Part shown: positions 1 through 12,767 of the stretch, one piece after another | Numbering within the stretch: the first letter of the stretch is position 1 | Layout of the letters: every line of letters starts with the position of its first letter | Assembly (NCBI RefSeq): GCF_006345805.1 | Contig: NC_043006.1 | Location: 25,110,001-25,174,000, forward strand | Direction: 5' to 3' | Length of the DNA: 64,000 nt | Source: Octopus sinensis | Taxonomy: Eukaryota | Position numbers and translations under genes: made by a program | The notes under the pieces: model-generated | What the model saw: only the letters and a program-made list of their open reading frames with translations | Told to the model about the DNA's origin: nothing | Databases searched by the model: none

Positions 1-262
1 CACACATATAACACTCACCTTCCTTATCTTATCTGATTATGTTTAGTCTTTACTGAATTAGCAGGGCTTAATATTAGTCTCTCTCTTACATATCTCAAGG
101 CTTCAGATTTATCAAGGGAAGAAAATGAGATTGTATAATGTTTTCGTTTTTGTCAACAATTTTATTAATAAAACAGTTATGAAGTCACTAAAACTGATAC
201 ATTTGCTTGCTGTGAACTTAGTTCAACTCTATAGTGGTCAAAATTCACTATATTCTTCAGCT

Positions 263-530
263 ACTTCTTATCATACTTACTTGTACTTGTGGTGACATTC
301 ACCCTGGGCGGGTTGAGTTGGCTTCTTCTACCACCCTCGAGGCATCTCGAACCATGGCAGCCCACACACGACGGTCCTGTGCCAGTTCACGAGCCACTCA
401 TGGTTTCATCGGTGCAGGCCGACCACCTGCAGACCCATGAGCACGGAGAGGTCCTCCTTGATCGTCGTAGCCCAGGTCTTCAGCTGCCCGCCCGCATGTT
501 TCTGCCAGTTGGGAAGTGGACTTCTTATGA
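263..530 (-). mobile_element. RTE-clade LINE 3' end fragment
   Basis: Minus strand reads PNWQKHAGGQLKTWATTIKEDL..., an RTE C-terminus-like motif, followed by a (CAAGTA)n-like tail (acttacttgtacttg on +). Confidence 0.72.
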
Positions 531-1401
531 GTATATAGATTTCAGTTTTTTGTTTAAACAGTTTTAAATTAATATTTGCCTATTGAATACACAGACAGTA
601 TTCATATCATACATATACCAACATTAACAATGGACATTACTATACTGTGTGTATGAATATATGTGTGTATGTGTGTGTGTGTGTGCAAGCGCACATGCAC
701 ATGTACGTGTGCACAAACATATAAGTATGAACAAGGAGGGAGTACTCACTACTAAAAATAGAGTTACATATTTGATCTATTGAAAGCTGAAAATTTCACA
801 AATTATTACTCCAAGTTACTTATTTTAAATTTGAATTAATTTAAACAAAATAAAACATTTGGAAGATATTTAAAGACAATCATTCACAAAAAGAAATCAA
901 GGCAAATATTGAATATTGATTGAATGGAGCTTGCCCACTGTTTACAATTTTTTGTGTAATTTCTCTATTGTATATTCTTCCTGCTTCTCTGGTGTTCTAT
1001 TAGAAATTCGGTATTTTTTTTTGCTCTTCTTTTGTATCTCCTTCTTTCTCCTTAATTTCTTCCTTTCACTTTTCCCCTTTCCTTTTTCTTCCATTTTTTA
1101 CTCTTACATTTCTGATCTACTTCTCTTCCTCTCATCTCTTAGCCTACTTCCCCCATTTAATTTTTTTCCTCCTCTGAGTCATGTGACGAACTCCTCTATA
1201 CAAGATCCACCCAATCAATATATAATATTCACTTTGATTTTTGTATAATCTGTTACAGTTGCTTTCAAATATTTTCTAAATATTCTATTTCATTAGATGA
1301 TTTTCATTTGATGATTAGAAGCAAGAAACTCAGAGTAAAGATTATTGGAGTTTTCAGCTTTCAGTAAAATCGCACATATGCACATATGTATATATGTATG
1401 A

Positions 1402-1600
1402 GGTTGCAGGTATGGTCGAGCAGTTAAGAAGTTTGCTTGGTAATCATTTGGCCTCTTGTTGTATTTCACTGCATAATGTCTTGTTTAAGTGTCATTTACT
1501 ATAGGTGCATGCTGATACAGCTTGAAAATTGAATTAAAGGTGCATAGATTTGTGGAATACTCACTTAATTACACATTATTTCAATGTGGATACTGAAATT
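1402..1600 (+). mobile_element. Degenerate tRNA-headed SINE
   Basis: ggttgcaggtatggtcgagcagttaagaagtttgctt resembles the SINE heads at 23730, 38628 and 57998. Confidence 0.4.
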
Positions 1601-2434
1601 GATTAAACAAGTGGTGTATGTGTGTGTGCATGTGTGTATGAATGTGTGTGTGTGTGTGTGTGTGCGTGTGTGTGTCTGTGTGTATACATGCATACATACA
1701 TACATACATATATATCACATATCATGTTGAGCAAGACATAAAGTACTTGTATTTTGTACCATGCAATATTTATAATGAAGCAAATTCTAAAATATAAAGG
1801 CAAATATTTCTAATATAGAGTTCTTGTGATTAATGACTGCTACAGGAATTTCAACATGCATCAACTTGGAGACATTCATCTAATTTTTTACTTGATGCTC
1901 ATCCTATAATTCCTTTTATACATTCTCTGTAGGAAAAACTAAGTAAAACTTTTATGTATGAATTTGGTTACCCTCAAAATAATTTGACAGCATTTCAAAA
2001 TAATCAACCAACTAACACCACCCTTAAAATTTTTGTGGGAAAGAGGACAACTATTTCAGATTTCCATGCTTTAAACATTAGAGTTAGGTCTGCAAAAAAG
2101 GTCTTTTGAAATTTCAGGAGGTTTTTTATCACTGCTCCTCCATTTTAGAGTGCACAACCATTTTCAATTTTGACCATTTCTCAATAATTTTTTCTGAATT
2201 TACATATTTTAAACATTGAGGTAATAATTCTGGAAAAGAATACTTTCAAAATGTCAATTTTTCATTTTTCTTGCTGTAGCTTTTTCATTTTTGAATTTTT
2301 TTTCTGAATTCTGTTTTTAACATAGGAAATTAGATTTTATGAAAAAATTTCAAAATTACTATCTCGTTGTTTATGTTTTTTACTGTGTGCATCTCACTTA
2401 CATATAAGAAAATCAAATTTGATGTAACAGTACT

Positions 2435-2605
2435 CATCATCATCATCATTTAACATTCATGCTCCATGCTGGCATGAGTTGGATGGTTTGACTGGATCCA
2501 ATGTGTTCAAGGATTACATAGTGCTCGGATGTCTGTTTTGGCATGGTTTCTATGGCTGGATGCCCTTCCTAACACCAAGCACTTTGCAACATGGACTGGA
2601 TGCTT
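2435..2605 (-). mobile_element. RTE LINE 3' UTR remnant with (GAT)n tail
   Basis: (cat)n followed by ttaacattcatgctccatgctggcatgagttgga; the same tail family recurs at 5100-5211, 7895, 15925, 28098 and 51108. Confidence 0.65.
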
Positions 2606-3244
2606 TTTTTTATTTCAAAACTCTGGGGTGATTATTCTGAAGCTCTGCCAAATTATTTTGAGAGTAACCAAATTCACACATTATTGAGGTCACCATGCAG
2701 ATTACACCACTACAAACCCCAGCAGGTGGAGAGCTTCATGCTAGGGGACAAGGGGATTAAACAAGGGTGGAGTAGTAATGCAGGTTCTTGAAGAGGATTT
2801 GCATGGCTACTCACATCTAATAGGAGAAGGGTATGGAAACAGAAAATGAACAGTAGGATTAGCAAGAGATAGATAATGGCAATGAAGTGCCTAGGTAGTT
2901 GCACAAGGTACAAGGTGAGCTAAAGAATAAATTTGCAAAAATGTGTGGGAAGGGAAATACGTAAGGTTCAAAGATAGATGAGCAAAGAGCCATGAGTCAT
3001 AGGAGAAGAGAGTGGTGGTGGAGAGCAGCAGGAGCAGTAAAGATGATACAGTTGCCAGTGTGGAGGACAAGAGAGAAGAATGATATAGTTGGATAGTCTA
3101 CAGGAGCTGAGGGAAAACGAAGCAGGCCTAATACATGGGAGGAAGGGGTTGAGTCCCTGTAACATGGGTGGTGAGTACAATACATTGCACTTCCAGAAGT
3201 ACAATGTATTGTCAGTTTTGCTGATGAGGGAAAGTCTTTTTTGA

Positions 3245-3380
3245 GAACATCATGTCACCAGACATCTTGGTTCCTTGTCATCTCTTCCATCAGGATCAAG
3301 ATCCTGAGGTCAGCCTTAACCACTTCATCCCATGTCATGGGTCTTTCTCTTCCACTAGTTCTGACCACATTTAGCAATTG
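3245..3380 (-). mobile_element. RTE LINE C-terminal fragment
   Basis: ORF 3255-3521(-) ends GRERPMTWDEVVKADLRILILMEEMTRNQDVW, an RTE C-terminal GRP.KTW motif. Confidence 0.75.
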
Positions 3381-3399
3381 GTACTTCTTTATTATTTTG

Positions 3400-3636
3400 A
3401 AGGAAAGAAATAAATGTGAGATGGACAGATGGAAGTGTTGTGAGACTGGAAAAAGCAAAAAGTTCAAGAGAACAAACAGTATAGGATTCATCATAAACGA
3501 AGAATATGCTTCGAAAATCATTTCCTACCAATTGTCTTCTTCACAGATTGAAGTGCTAGATGTTCATCTCTCAGAAAATGCCACCCTAAAGATCATCCTG
3601 ACCTATGCTCCCAAAAATACTAGCAAAGACGATTGA
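3400..3636 (+). mobile_element. RTE LINE apurinic endonuclease fragment
   Basis: SIGFIINEEY...SSQIEVLDV...TLKIILTYAP matches APE motifs (GVGF, I.YAPT). Confidence 0.65.
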
Positions 3637-3692
3637 AATGGAAGAGCTATACTTAGAGCTTGAGGAAGTGCCAGCTCACAAATCCATTTAAT

Positions 3693-3699
3693 AAATACA

Positions 3700-3731
<32 letters not shown>

Positions 3732-3777
3732 CATACATACATACATACATACATACATACATACATACATACATACA

Positions 3778-3810
<33 letters not shown>
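3693..3810. repeat. (ACAT)n microsatellite
   Basis: Near-perfect tetranucleotide array; source of the IHTY/MYVC ORFs. Confidence 0.95.
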
Positions 3811-3849
3811 GTATATATGCAGAAATAATTGATTCTCAAACTCAGAATA

Positions 3850-5210
3850 ATGCTAACAGGATAGCATGAACAGGATAAAACATCCATGTTATTGCAGAAA
3901 AATTTGCCAGTGGCAAGGTTAAGTAGGAAAATAGGTTTTCTGTGTGGAAGGTCCATAGGTACAATAAACACTAAAAATGTACAGAAAATAGACTCCATCA
4001 AATGCCATTGGGGTAAACTAGAGGTAGTTGATAGCTTCCATTATCTAGGTGACCAAGGCAGTGGTGGAGGTGGAGATGGATGCAAGAATAAGAATAGGCT
4101 GGGAAAGTTCAGAGAGCTCTTACCTCTGTTGGCAAGAAAGAGGCCTCCCTCTGAGTGAAAAGCAGATTGTATGATGCCTATATATGAACAGCTGTGCTAC
4201 ACAACAGTGATACAGGGGCTGTGACCACCAAGGACATGTGTAGTCTTGAAAGCGATGAAGCTAGCATGCTTCATTAAATGTGCAATGTCAGTGTACATGT
4301 ATGACAGTGCAAGCATATTGAGAGAAAAGTTAGACATAAGAGGCATCAGGTGCAGTGTGCAAGAGAGGTGACTGTGCTGATATGGTCATGTGATGCATAT
4401 GGACGAGGACAGCTGTGTAAAGAAGTACTGATCTCTAACTGTGGGAAGAAACTGTGGAAGAGGTAGACCCAGGAAGACATGGGACAAGGTGGTGAAGCAT
4501 GATCTTCGAATGCTGGGCCTCACAGATGCAATGACTAGTGACCAAGATCTTTGACAATATGCCATATTTGAGAAGACCTGTCAAGCTAAGTGAAACCATT
4601 GTCATGACCAATGCCAGTGTCACGTTACTGGCACGGAAAATGCACCTTTCAAACACTGGGCCTCACGGAGGCAGTGTACTTGATGCTGGTGTCATGTAAA
4701 AAGCACCTATCATGTGTTGGGCCCCACAGAGGCAATGTGGCTGATGCCAGTGTCACATAACTAGCACATAAAAAGTACCTTTCGAGGTTAGTGGCACATA
4801 AAAAGCACCTGGCGAGTGTTGGGCCTCACAGAGGCAATGTGGTCAATACCAGTGTTGCGTATCTGGCATGTAAAAAGCACATTTTGACCATTGAGCTTCA
4901 TGGAGACATTGATAAATGGCCAAGATCCTAGACAATATGCTGTGCTTGAGAAGAAGACCCATAAAGCCAAGTGAAGTTGTAGTCATGACAGATACTGGTG
5001 TCAAACAATTGGCACTCGTGCGGGTGGCACATAGAAGCATCTACTACACTTTTGGAGTGGTTGGCACTAGAAAGAGCATCCAACCATAGAAACCAGGCCA
5101 TATCAGACTGGAGTCTGGTGCAGCCCCTCAGCTTACCAGCCCTGGTCAAACCATCCAGCCCATGCCAGTATGGACAATGGACATTAAAAGATGATGATGA
5201 TGATGATGAT

Positions 5211-5211
<1 letters not shown>
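3850..5211 (+). mobile_element. RTE LINE 3' half (decayed RT C-terminus, 3' UTR tandem array, (GAT)n tail)
   Basis: LEVVDSFHYLGDQ, KFRELLPLL, GRPRKTWDKVVKHDLRMLGLT in broken frames; tail gatgatgat at 5190-5210. Confidence 0.85.
4600..5045 (+). repeat. About 55-62 bp degenerate tandem repeat in RTE 3' UTR
   Basis: Recurring gccagtgtca...ctggcac..aaaagcacc...tgggcctcacagaggcaatg units. Confidence 0.8.
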
Positions 5212-5242
<31 letters not shown>

Positions 5243-5441
5243 ACAAGAGATTGATAAATAACAAGTGAATTGGAAATTATGCAATGAATTTTATTAGCTT
5301 ACAGATATATTGCACTCATAACTGAGTGTGTTTATGCACCACCTTTTAATTTCCTCGAAGCTTCTAAAATGAAGTACAATTTTATTTGGAAAAGCCTTTA
5401 CATATATAGAAAAGATCACTGTTAAAAAATTTAAAAGTACA

Positions 5442-5773
5442 TGTGGGGATGAGCTGGAAGAAGAGGGTCGTAACGTGAATGGTCATGGGTTGACCAGAAG
5501 AGGAAGCGCAAGAGGGGTAGTGGGGATAGAGGGGCAAGCATCAGCCTCTTTTGCCCCGTCGGAGGTGTTGTCGACAGATGTTAGTGTACTCGCTCCCAGG
5601 TTTGGTCATATAGCAGCTGCTTATACTGGGCGACGGGAGTAGAGCAGGACCATCAGAGAGATTACTGCTAGACAGGCATCGACAAGAAGAAGGTAGGTGA
5701 ACCTCTTCTTATTTTCCCATGCACGACAAGCTATTTCGGCAGTCAAATACAGATGTTGTTGTCCCCTACTACA
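5442..5773 (+). repeat. Putative 5' LTR of the Gypsy element
   Basis: Begins TGTGGGGA, ends TCCCCTACTACA (TG...CA, imperfect terminal inverted repeat), immediately upstream of gag. Confidence 0.6.
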
Positions 5774-7605
5774 TAAAGGCAGCGAAGATAAGGATCGGAA
5801 ATGATGTCATCAGACCTTTCTATGGCAAAGGGGACGTAGTAGTCTGAATTTGAAAGGTCGAAGTTGTGGCCAGGCTGCATGGCACCGACGATGTAGCAAG
5901 CCTCATGGTGCTGTATTTGGAGGGGAGTGCGCTGGCACCGTACCTCGAAATGGATGAAGATCAACTGAGTGTGGCAAAGATCAAGCAGCACTTGAGAGAG
6001 GCTTACACAGAGGGAGAGTACACTGCTTTTGCTAAGCTGGGAATGGTCAGATGGACAGAAGAACAGGTTAATGAATATGCTGCAGAGGTACAGAGGCTGG
6101 CTATGCTGTCTGGTTTTACCAGAGGGTGGCTGGAGAAGGCAGCGCGACTGGCTTTTGTGAATGGCTTTCCCAACGATGTGTCGGTGCAGCTACAACAATT
6201 GCCTGGTGGCAAAAAAATGGTGATGAATGAGCTCATCATTCAAGCCTGTGTGTTAACACAAAACACCAGGCAGAAGGCAGTAGTGGTGGCAGTTGCGGAA
6301 GCCCGCAACACTGCACGTTGACTGGTGAAAGACAAAGAAACCTGCCGTGGAACGACAGCAGCCATTCACAGGCTGGTGTTTTAAGTGCCAGGGACCACAC
6401 ATGGCAAGGGACTGTGCAGAGCCCAGACCCGTTTGCTACTGGTGCAAACAGACTGAGCATGTCGCCCAAAATTGTGGTTTGGGAAAAGACTGCAGGGAAG
6501 TTGCTGCCTCTCAAACTTCCCTCACGAATAGGTAAAAGTGCTTGTGCAGCCACTGCCAAGAGTTGAGGTCATGGTCAAGGGAAAGATATTCAAGGCCCTC
6601 ATGGATACGAGCTGCACAACGTCTCTCATGACTCCGAGGGTGATAAAGAAATGGAAGGGGATGGGTAGTAAAATTGAATGCAAGGGTAGCAGTGACATGG
6701 AGATAGTTGTGCAAGACACAACACTAAGGCTGCGGACAATCATGATCGACCACATGGTAGATGGGATTGATGTGGTAATGGGAATGGATGCGATCAACCG
6801 CCTTGGAGGTGTCAGTGTTGGAGGAGACATGGTTTTGTTTGGTGGCATGGGGGTGCCATGCGCTGTGAGTCAGGAATGTGAGAGGGAGCAAAGCACCGTG
6901 AGGGGCTGCACTGCTTACACCATTGAAGACAAGGATTTTGGGGTGGCATTCGATGGTCAGCAGTGAACAATAAAGCGGTGCTGGAAAGAGGAGCCCCAGA
7001 TACTGAAGAACAGGTTGAGCTGCTACCAGCATACCCTGAAAGGACATGCCAGGAGTGAGTTTGAAGAAGAGGTAGAAAGGTGGATTAAGGAAGGTGTCCT
7101 TATTCCATGAAAGGAGGAAGTGGTGAGCAGAGTGCTACTGCTAATGGCAGTGAAGCAGCCAACAAAGGGCAAAGTCGGACCAGTGCTGGACTTTGAGGAA
7201 ATGAATGGCCAGGTATCATGCCACCCAGATGGTGAGACAACTGAGTTCTGTGGTGAGATGCTGCACGTATGGAGACAGTCAACTAAGGCAGTGATGATTG
7301 TCAACTTGAAGTCAGCATATTTGCAGCTCCGTGTGAGTGACAAACTGTGGCAGTATCAGCTGATGTGATACAAGGGCGACATAGTATCTGACTAGGCTGG
7401 GTTTCAGGCTGAATTTTGTGCCAAAGATCATGGCAACAGTGCTCAAATCTATCCTAGGAAAGGTGGATAGGATAAGAAGGGTCACCAATTCTTATATAGA
7501 TGACATCTTAGTGGACAAGACTGTAGTGCCTACCACAAAGGTTGTGAGACATCTGAATAAATTTGGGCTGATTGCAAAGCCACCAGAGCCAATGGGTGGA
7601 AGGAT
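5442..7605 (+). mobile_element. Ty3/Gypsy LTR retrotransposon relic (5' LTR, gag, protease, RT; 3' truncated)
   Basis: Gag with two Zn knuckles (CFKCQGPHMARDC, CYWCKQTEHVAQNC); protease-like KALMDTSC; RT motifs NLKSAYLQ and SYIDDILV (about 7493-7504); many stops and frameshifts; domain order PR then RT. Confidence 0.88.
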
Positions 7606-7771
7606 AAAAGCCACTCTCAGAAATATGTATGGATTTAGATCATTTTGTGTGTACATATATACATATATATATATATATATTATATATATATATATATATA
7701 TGTACAAAGCATGTGATGAACACCTGTATAAAAAAAAGCTATATGTGTTTATGTATGTATGTATGTATGTT

Positions 7772-7804
<33 letters not shown>

Positions 7805-7894
7805 GTATGTACAAAGCATGTGATGAACACTTGTATAAAAAAAAGCTATATGTGTTTATGTATGTATGTTTGTGTGTGTATATATGTATATATA

Positions 7895-8030
7895 ACATCA
7901 TCATCATCATCGTTTAACATCTGCTTTCCATGCTAGCATGGGTTGGACAATTTGACTAAGGACTAGTGAACCAGATGGCTGCACCAGGCTCTAGCCTGAT
8001 CTGGCAGAGTTTCTACAGCTCGATATCCTT
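7895..8030 (-). mobile_element. RTE 3' tail fragment
   Basis: (cat)n cgtttaacatctgctttccatgctagcatgggttggac. Confidence 0.75.
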
Positions 8031-8740
8031 CACATATGTGAAGTATGCTGCAGTGAACTCCAGCTGCTTACTCAGATTTGAGGGATATTGAGATGCTATT
8101 CCTATAAAATCTAGCTACCATGTAGAGTTCTTTCTAGTTGCCTCATACATGCATAAAGCAATGGATATACATACTCAAATGTTCTCCACTGACTTTGCTT
8201 CCTCATAACTTCCAGAAAATGGATATTTTGCATTGAAACTTTTTACAAATATGCTTAGGATGATGACTATTTCAATTAAGTCTGAATTCACATGAGTTGG
8301 CTTTCTTTCCTCATAACTTTTGGAAAAGTGGATATTTTTAAATGAAGATTTCAGCAAAAATCCTTCAGAGTGTGCAGATTATGATTAGATTTAATCTGGA
8401 AATGAAATTTGGTGGGATAGCACACTTACATACTGACACTCATCACATTTTTTTCAAAAAATTTATAATCACAACAAACTTCAATATAATCTGAATCTAC
8501 ACCATCAGAAACATATTTGTAGAAAATTTCATTAAAAAATATCCATGACTCAGAGTTAGGGAAGAAATTCGTTGGGACATATATATGTGATGGTATGCTT
8601 CAGCTAGCAATGGCTGGTAACTGTATATCATTGTGCATGCATTAGAGGAAATCCATAATAAACATGTATTATATATATATATAGAGAGAGAGAGATATAT
8701 ATATATATATATATATACACTTATAGATACACACATACAC

Positions 8741-8965
8741 ATATACTTTTATTAAAGCTGCAAAATTATCACGAAACCTGTTGCTCAGGGTTTCATGTTC
8801 CTATTTGATGGTCAGTTTTCATCACACCTATCCAATGAACTAAAACATGAAGCTCTGAATAACAGTTTTTTTAAATAATTTTGCAGGTTTAGTAAAAGCA
8901 TATTACTCTACCTTTGGTATTCGGGTACTATTTTTTTCCACCTTGTTTTGCACTTATGTGCTCAC
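8741..8965. repeat. Short foldback element with degenerate hammerhead-like arms
   Basis: Inverted arms 8741-8815 and about 8836-8904; right arm ctat-CCAATGA-actaaaacat-GAAGC-tctga-ATA-acag. Confidence 0.6.
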
Positions 8966-9134
8966 CTGTGTGTGTGTGTGTGAATATATATATATATATA
9001 TATATTAGTCACAATAAGGATATTCAAAGCTCTTGTAGGGATTTTTATCCAAGATACACTGGTTTAATATATCAAATTTTGAAGAGAATTAATATATTAC
9101 ATAGAATATCATAAGATATCAGACACTTTTATTC

Positions 9135-9543
9135 AGTTAGAAAGCAAAGAGATCTAATGGATACAAATAAATTTATTAATTAATCAACACATTAACCAAT
9201 AATTATTTCATTTTTCAAATAAGATTAAAATTACAAAACATATATTAAAATTTACTTTTGTATTTTAAATACCTAATAAGGAAAATCATCAAGGTTTTCA
9301 GAGAACAATAAGGATTACATTAGAGTAGTTTTGGAATATATAGAATATATAAACATCTTTATTGTGCACATAGCCCTCTGAAAACCTTCATAATTTTCCT
9401 TATAAGGTATTTAAAATGCAAAAGTATATTTTTATATATGTTCTGTAATTTTAATCTTATTTGAGAAATGAAACAATCATTGGTAAATATGTTGATTAAT
9501 TAATAAATCAATTGTATCCATTAGATCTCTTTGTTTTCTAACT
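9135..9543. repeat. About 170-bp-arm inverted repeat (PLE-like terminal foldback)
   Basis: 9135-9303 is the reverse complement of 9376-9543 (agttagaaagcaaagagatctaatggatac / gtatccattagatctctttgttttctaact), 72-bp spacer. Confidence 0.9.
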
Positions 9544-10328
9544 ATATATATATATATATATATACATACATACATAAAATATAAATTAGAGATAAACCCA
9601 CTATTATGCAATTCAAACAACGATAGACATAAACCAAAACATAAATAACAAATAAAATATATTTTTATAAAACATATAACTAGACCACAAAAAGTAGAAA
9701 AATAAATAATCAATATATAATAAGTAAAAAAAATTATGTATGTTTCATGGCTATAATTAAATTCAAATTACAATTAAATTCAAATTTAATTGAAATGAAT
9801 TCAATTTAAAATTATAGTCAATCTTCAGGTTAACAATAATAGTTAAATAAATAATAAAATAGAGTTAAACAATATTTATCAAAAAAATAAATAAATAAAA
9901 TAATTTTTCTTATAGAAGAAACTCCATTAACTAAATTTGAGACTTAAAACATTAGGATCAGTTTCCTACAATACAATTATTATGTTAAATATTTAAGGAA
10001 AAAAATTGAGTAAATAGATAGAAAAATATATTTATCTGTGAAGATATAATTTAGCTTAAAAAAACATTAATAAACTATAGAATATCTTTAACCTAGTTAT
10101 ACTCTAATATTTAATTACCAAACTATTTAACAAAACAATCACTATTAATATTTTTACATTTTAGTTTGCATATAATAATTATAAAATAATAGATACATAA
10201 AAATAAGTATCTAAATTATAATCAACAAATATAGTAATTAAAAATCTATATTTTTTTCTATCAATAAACATATAAACATATAACCAATAAATAAATTAGT
10301 CCATTATTACTTACATAGATATTATAGA

Positions 10329-11498
10329 CTAGCAGTATAGCCCAGCTTTGTTCAGGATTAAGTTAGGATTATTAAGCTAATCAAGCTCTTTATTTCAAAG
10401 CAAACTAAGTAACATCAACGTCAAATTTGAGTGAAATCCGTTGAAATTGGTAAACTTTCGGTTGAAATTTTGCAGACAATTTGATTGGGAAATCCCATAA
10501 GGAATCAGTTTATCGATTTTTTCCACTCATCGACTGTTTTTCTTTTTTTCGTTTTTGGAGAACTTAAAGTATCCAAAGATCCCATGAGTCCTAAGTAATG
10601 CTGACATCAAGTTTGAACAAAATACATCAAAATTGGTAGATGTTATGGTTGAACAGAGTCAGATCTCTCCTTTCGAAAAGATGGACAGTTTCAAAACATT
10701 GTTTACAAAATGCAAATTTGTAAACACCCAGACGTAAGTTTTGTAAGTGGAATAGAGAGACCTACCTTCTCCCACAGAGATGTGAGTCAGATCTCTCCTT
10801 TCGAAAACATGAAGTTTCGAAACATTGTTTACAAAATAATAGCTGATCGTTTGCAAAGGAGCATGTCTACAGTCAACACATAAGTCTTTTGCTCTGGTAA
10901 CCGCTGCTCTCTCCCATGTTCACGCACGACCAGCTATATATCACTATGAGTAGAGCAACGGATTCAGCTAATTTGGAAATTAGTTGTGGAGAAACGGAGA
11001 ATATCATTTATATTGTGTATATATATATATATATATATATACGGGCAACACACACATTGAATACGTGTTTTGTACGCATACATGCTCGTGTGTGTGTGTG
11101 ACTGAAGTCATTCACACATGCATACATACATACATAACAACACCTGTCTGTCTGTTTTTGCCTGTCAATCACTCAGTAAAAAGACAAAATTTTAAAAATC
11201 TGTTATCTCTCTCCTTCTCCCTCCTTCTCTTTACACCATCGCTAGAAGGGGACTTAACTCATGTTTGTAAACAATGGCTGATTTCTCCACCATGGAAATT
11301 GTTAAGTTATGGTTGAAAATATATTTTTACTGCTATTCGCTGGTGCCTCGGGGGAAAATAATTTGACGAAAATACAGCTAGGATTGTGACGAATGTCCTC
11401 CTAAAATTGGAGCGACATGTGTGCTAATTTGTGGACGTGCATAAATTATGTTCATGTACACACACACACACACATCTTGCCTTTTATATATATACAGA
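10329..11498 (-). mobile_element. Non-autonomous Helitron
   Basis: Minus strand begins TCtgtatatatataaaaggcaag and ends with a hairpin-like cctgaacaaagctggg plus CTAG; inserted between A and T; internal direct repeat 10656-10710 / 10785-10838. Confidence 0.8.
10905..11015 (+). pseudogene. Helitron Pif1-like helicase C-terminal relic
   Basis: PMFTHDQLYITMSR...ETENIIY resembles the VFSHGQLYVAxSR...TKNIVY end of RepHel. Confidence 0.65.
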
Positions 11499-12664
11499 TA
11501 TCTGTAGAAAATATTTATGAAATACAATTTAAGAATTGAAAAATTCCAAATTAAAAATGTATAAACTATCTTTATAAAATACTTATTACTATTATTAAAA
11601 ACATTTTTATGATCTAGATCACAAAGTGACTAACTAATATCTTTAAATTTATGTTCAGATATAATAATTATAAACTAATAATAATTAAATATATGTACAT
11701 ATCTAAATTATCATTAACAAATTAAAATTATAAATTCATATTTAACAATCAATACTTATACAGAGTACAATAATATTTCTTAAATAAAAAAGTTTACTTA
11801 TCTCTCAAAAAGCATGTCATTAACTAAAAAATTTCAAAACGGAAAACATCTTATTAAGCGTTTACAAATACTTGTGGAATTATGTTGCTTACAGAAATAG
11901 AACAAATAGATGGAAATATACAATTTATCAATGAAAACTACGAATATATTTTAGCTTTAACAGATAAAGAGAATAAAGTCACTAATAAAGAATAGAATCA
12001 CTATACACTATAATATCTTTCACTAGAAAACTAAAATTTAGAATTAACAACGATAAATTATACTCAAATCTCCATAAATTAAAATAATTTCTATAACTAC
12101 TATTTACTGTATATTCTCTAATAATCTTATACAAATTTATTTATTTCATATATATAAATATGGTTACGTTGGAGCCAAACCTTTATTTAGGCAAAACAAA
12201 TTTTAGACACTTCTATATAAACTCAGTACTAATTCAATCAGTATCTATATTAAAACCACTAATTAATAAACTTAATAATCAATATACAGTAAATAATATA
12301 TAATAAGTAAACAATATATATATTATATATTATTTACTTACATAGTTTTTTTTACTTATATATTGATAATTCATTTTTATACTTTTTGTGATCTAGTTAT
12401 TTATATTTTGGTTTATGTCTATCATTGTTTGAATTGCATAATAGTGGTTTTATCTCTGATTTATATTTTATATATTTATATTGTGAAATTTGATTTAATA
12501 CTAAATTGAATTTTTCCCTGTAATTTTGGAGTTATACTCCCTATTATTATTATTATTATATATACACATATATACAATGGGTTTCTTTCAGTTTCCATCT
12601 ACCAAATCCACAAAGCCTTGTGAGTGTATTTGGTAGATGGAAACTGAAGGAAGCCTGTTGTATA

Positions 12665-12712
<48 letters not shown>

Positions 12713-12767
12713 GGGGAAAATTCAGTTTAGTATTAAATCACATTTCACAATATAAATATATAATATA

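Larger units (their letters stand above)
9585..12470. mobile_element. Extremely AT-rich decayed element bounded by about 130-bp inverted repeats
   Basis: 9585-9725 (aaattagagataaacccactattatgcaattcaaac...) is inverted at about 12350-12470. The interior is interrupted by a Helitron and has a weak GIY-YIG-like NNLI...YVGA remnant near 12120-12180. Confidence 0.5.

Noticed and set aside
4600-5045. CRISPR-like repeat array
   Set aside because: Units are degenerate tandem repeats without unique spacers, lie inside a LINE 3' UTR, and the context is eukaryotic.
7702-7890. About 110-bp direct duplication between microsatellites
   Set aside because: Simple slippage-type local duplication in (AT)/(GT) tracts with no further structure.
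9730-12300. Possible mitochondrial insertion (NUMT) or endogenous virus
   Set aside because: Very AT-rich, but I found no mitochondrial gene, rRNA or viral hallmark motif. Inverted termini point to a transposon-like origin; a profile search is still needed.
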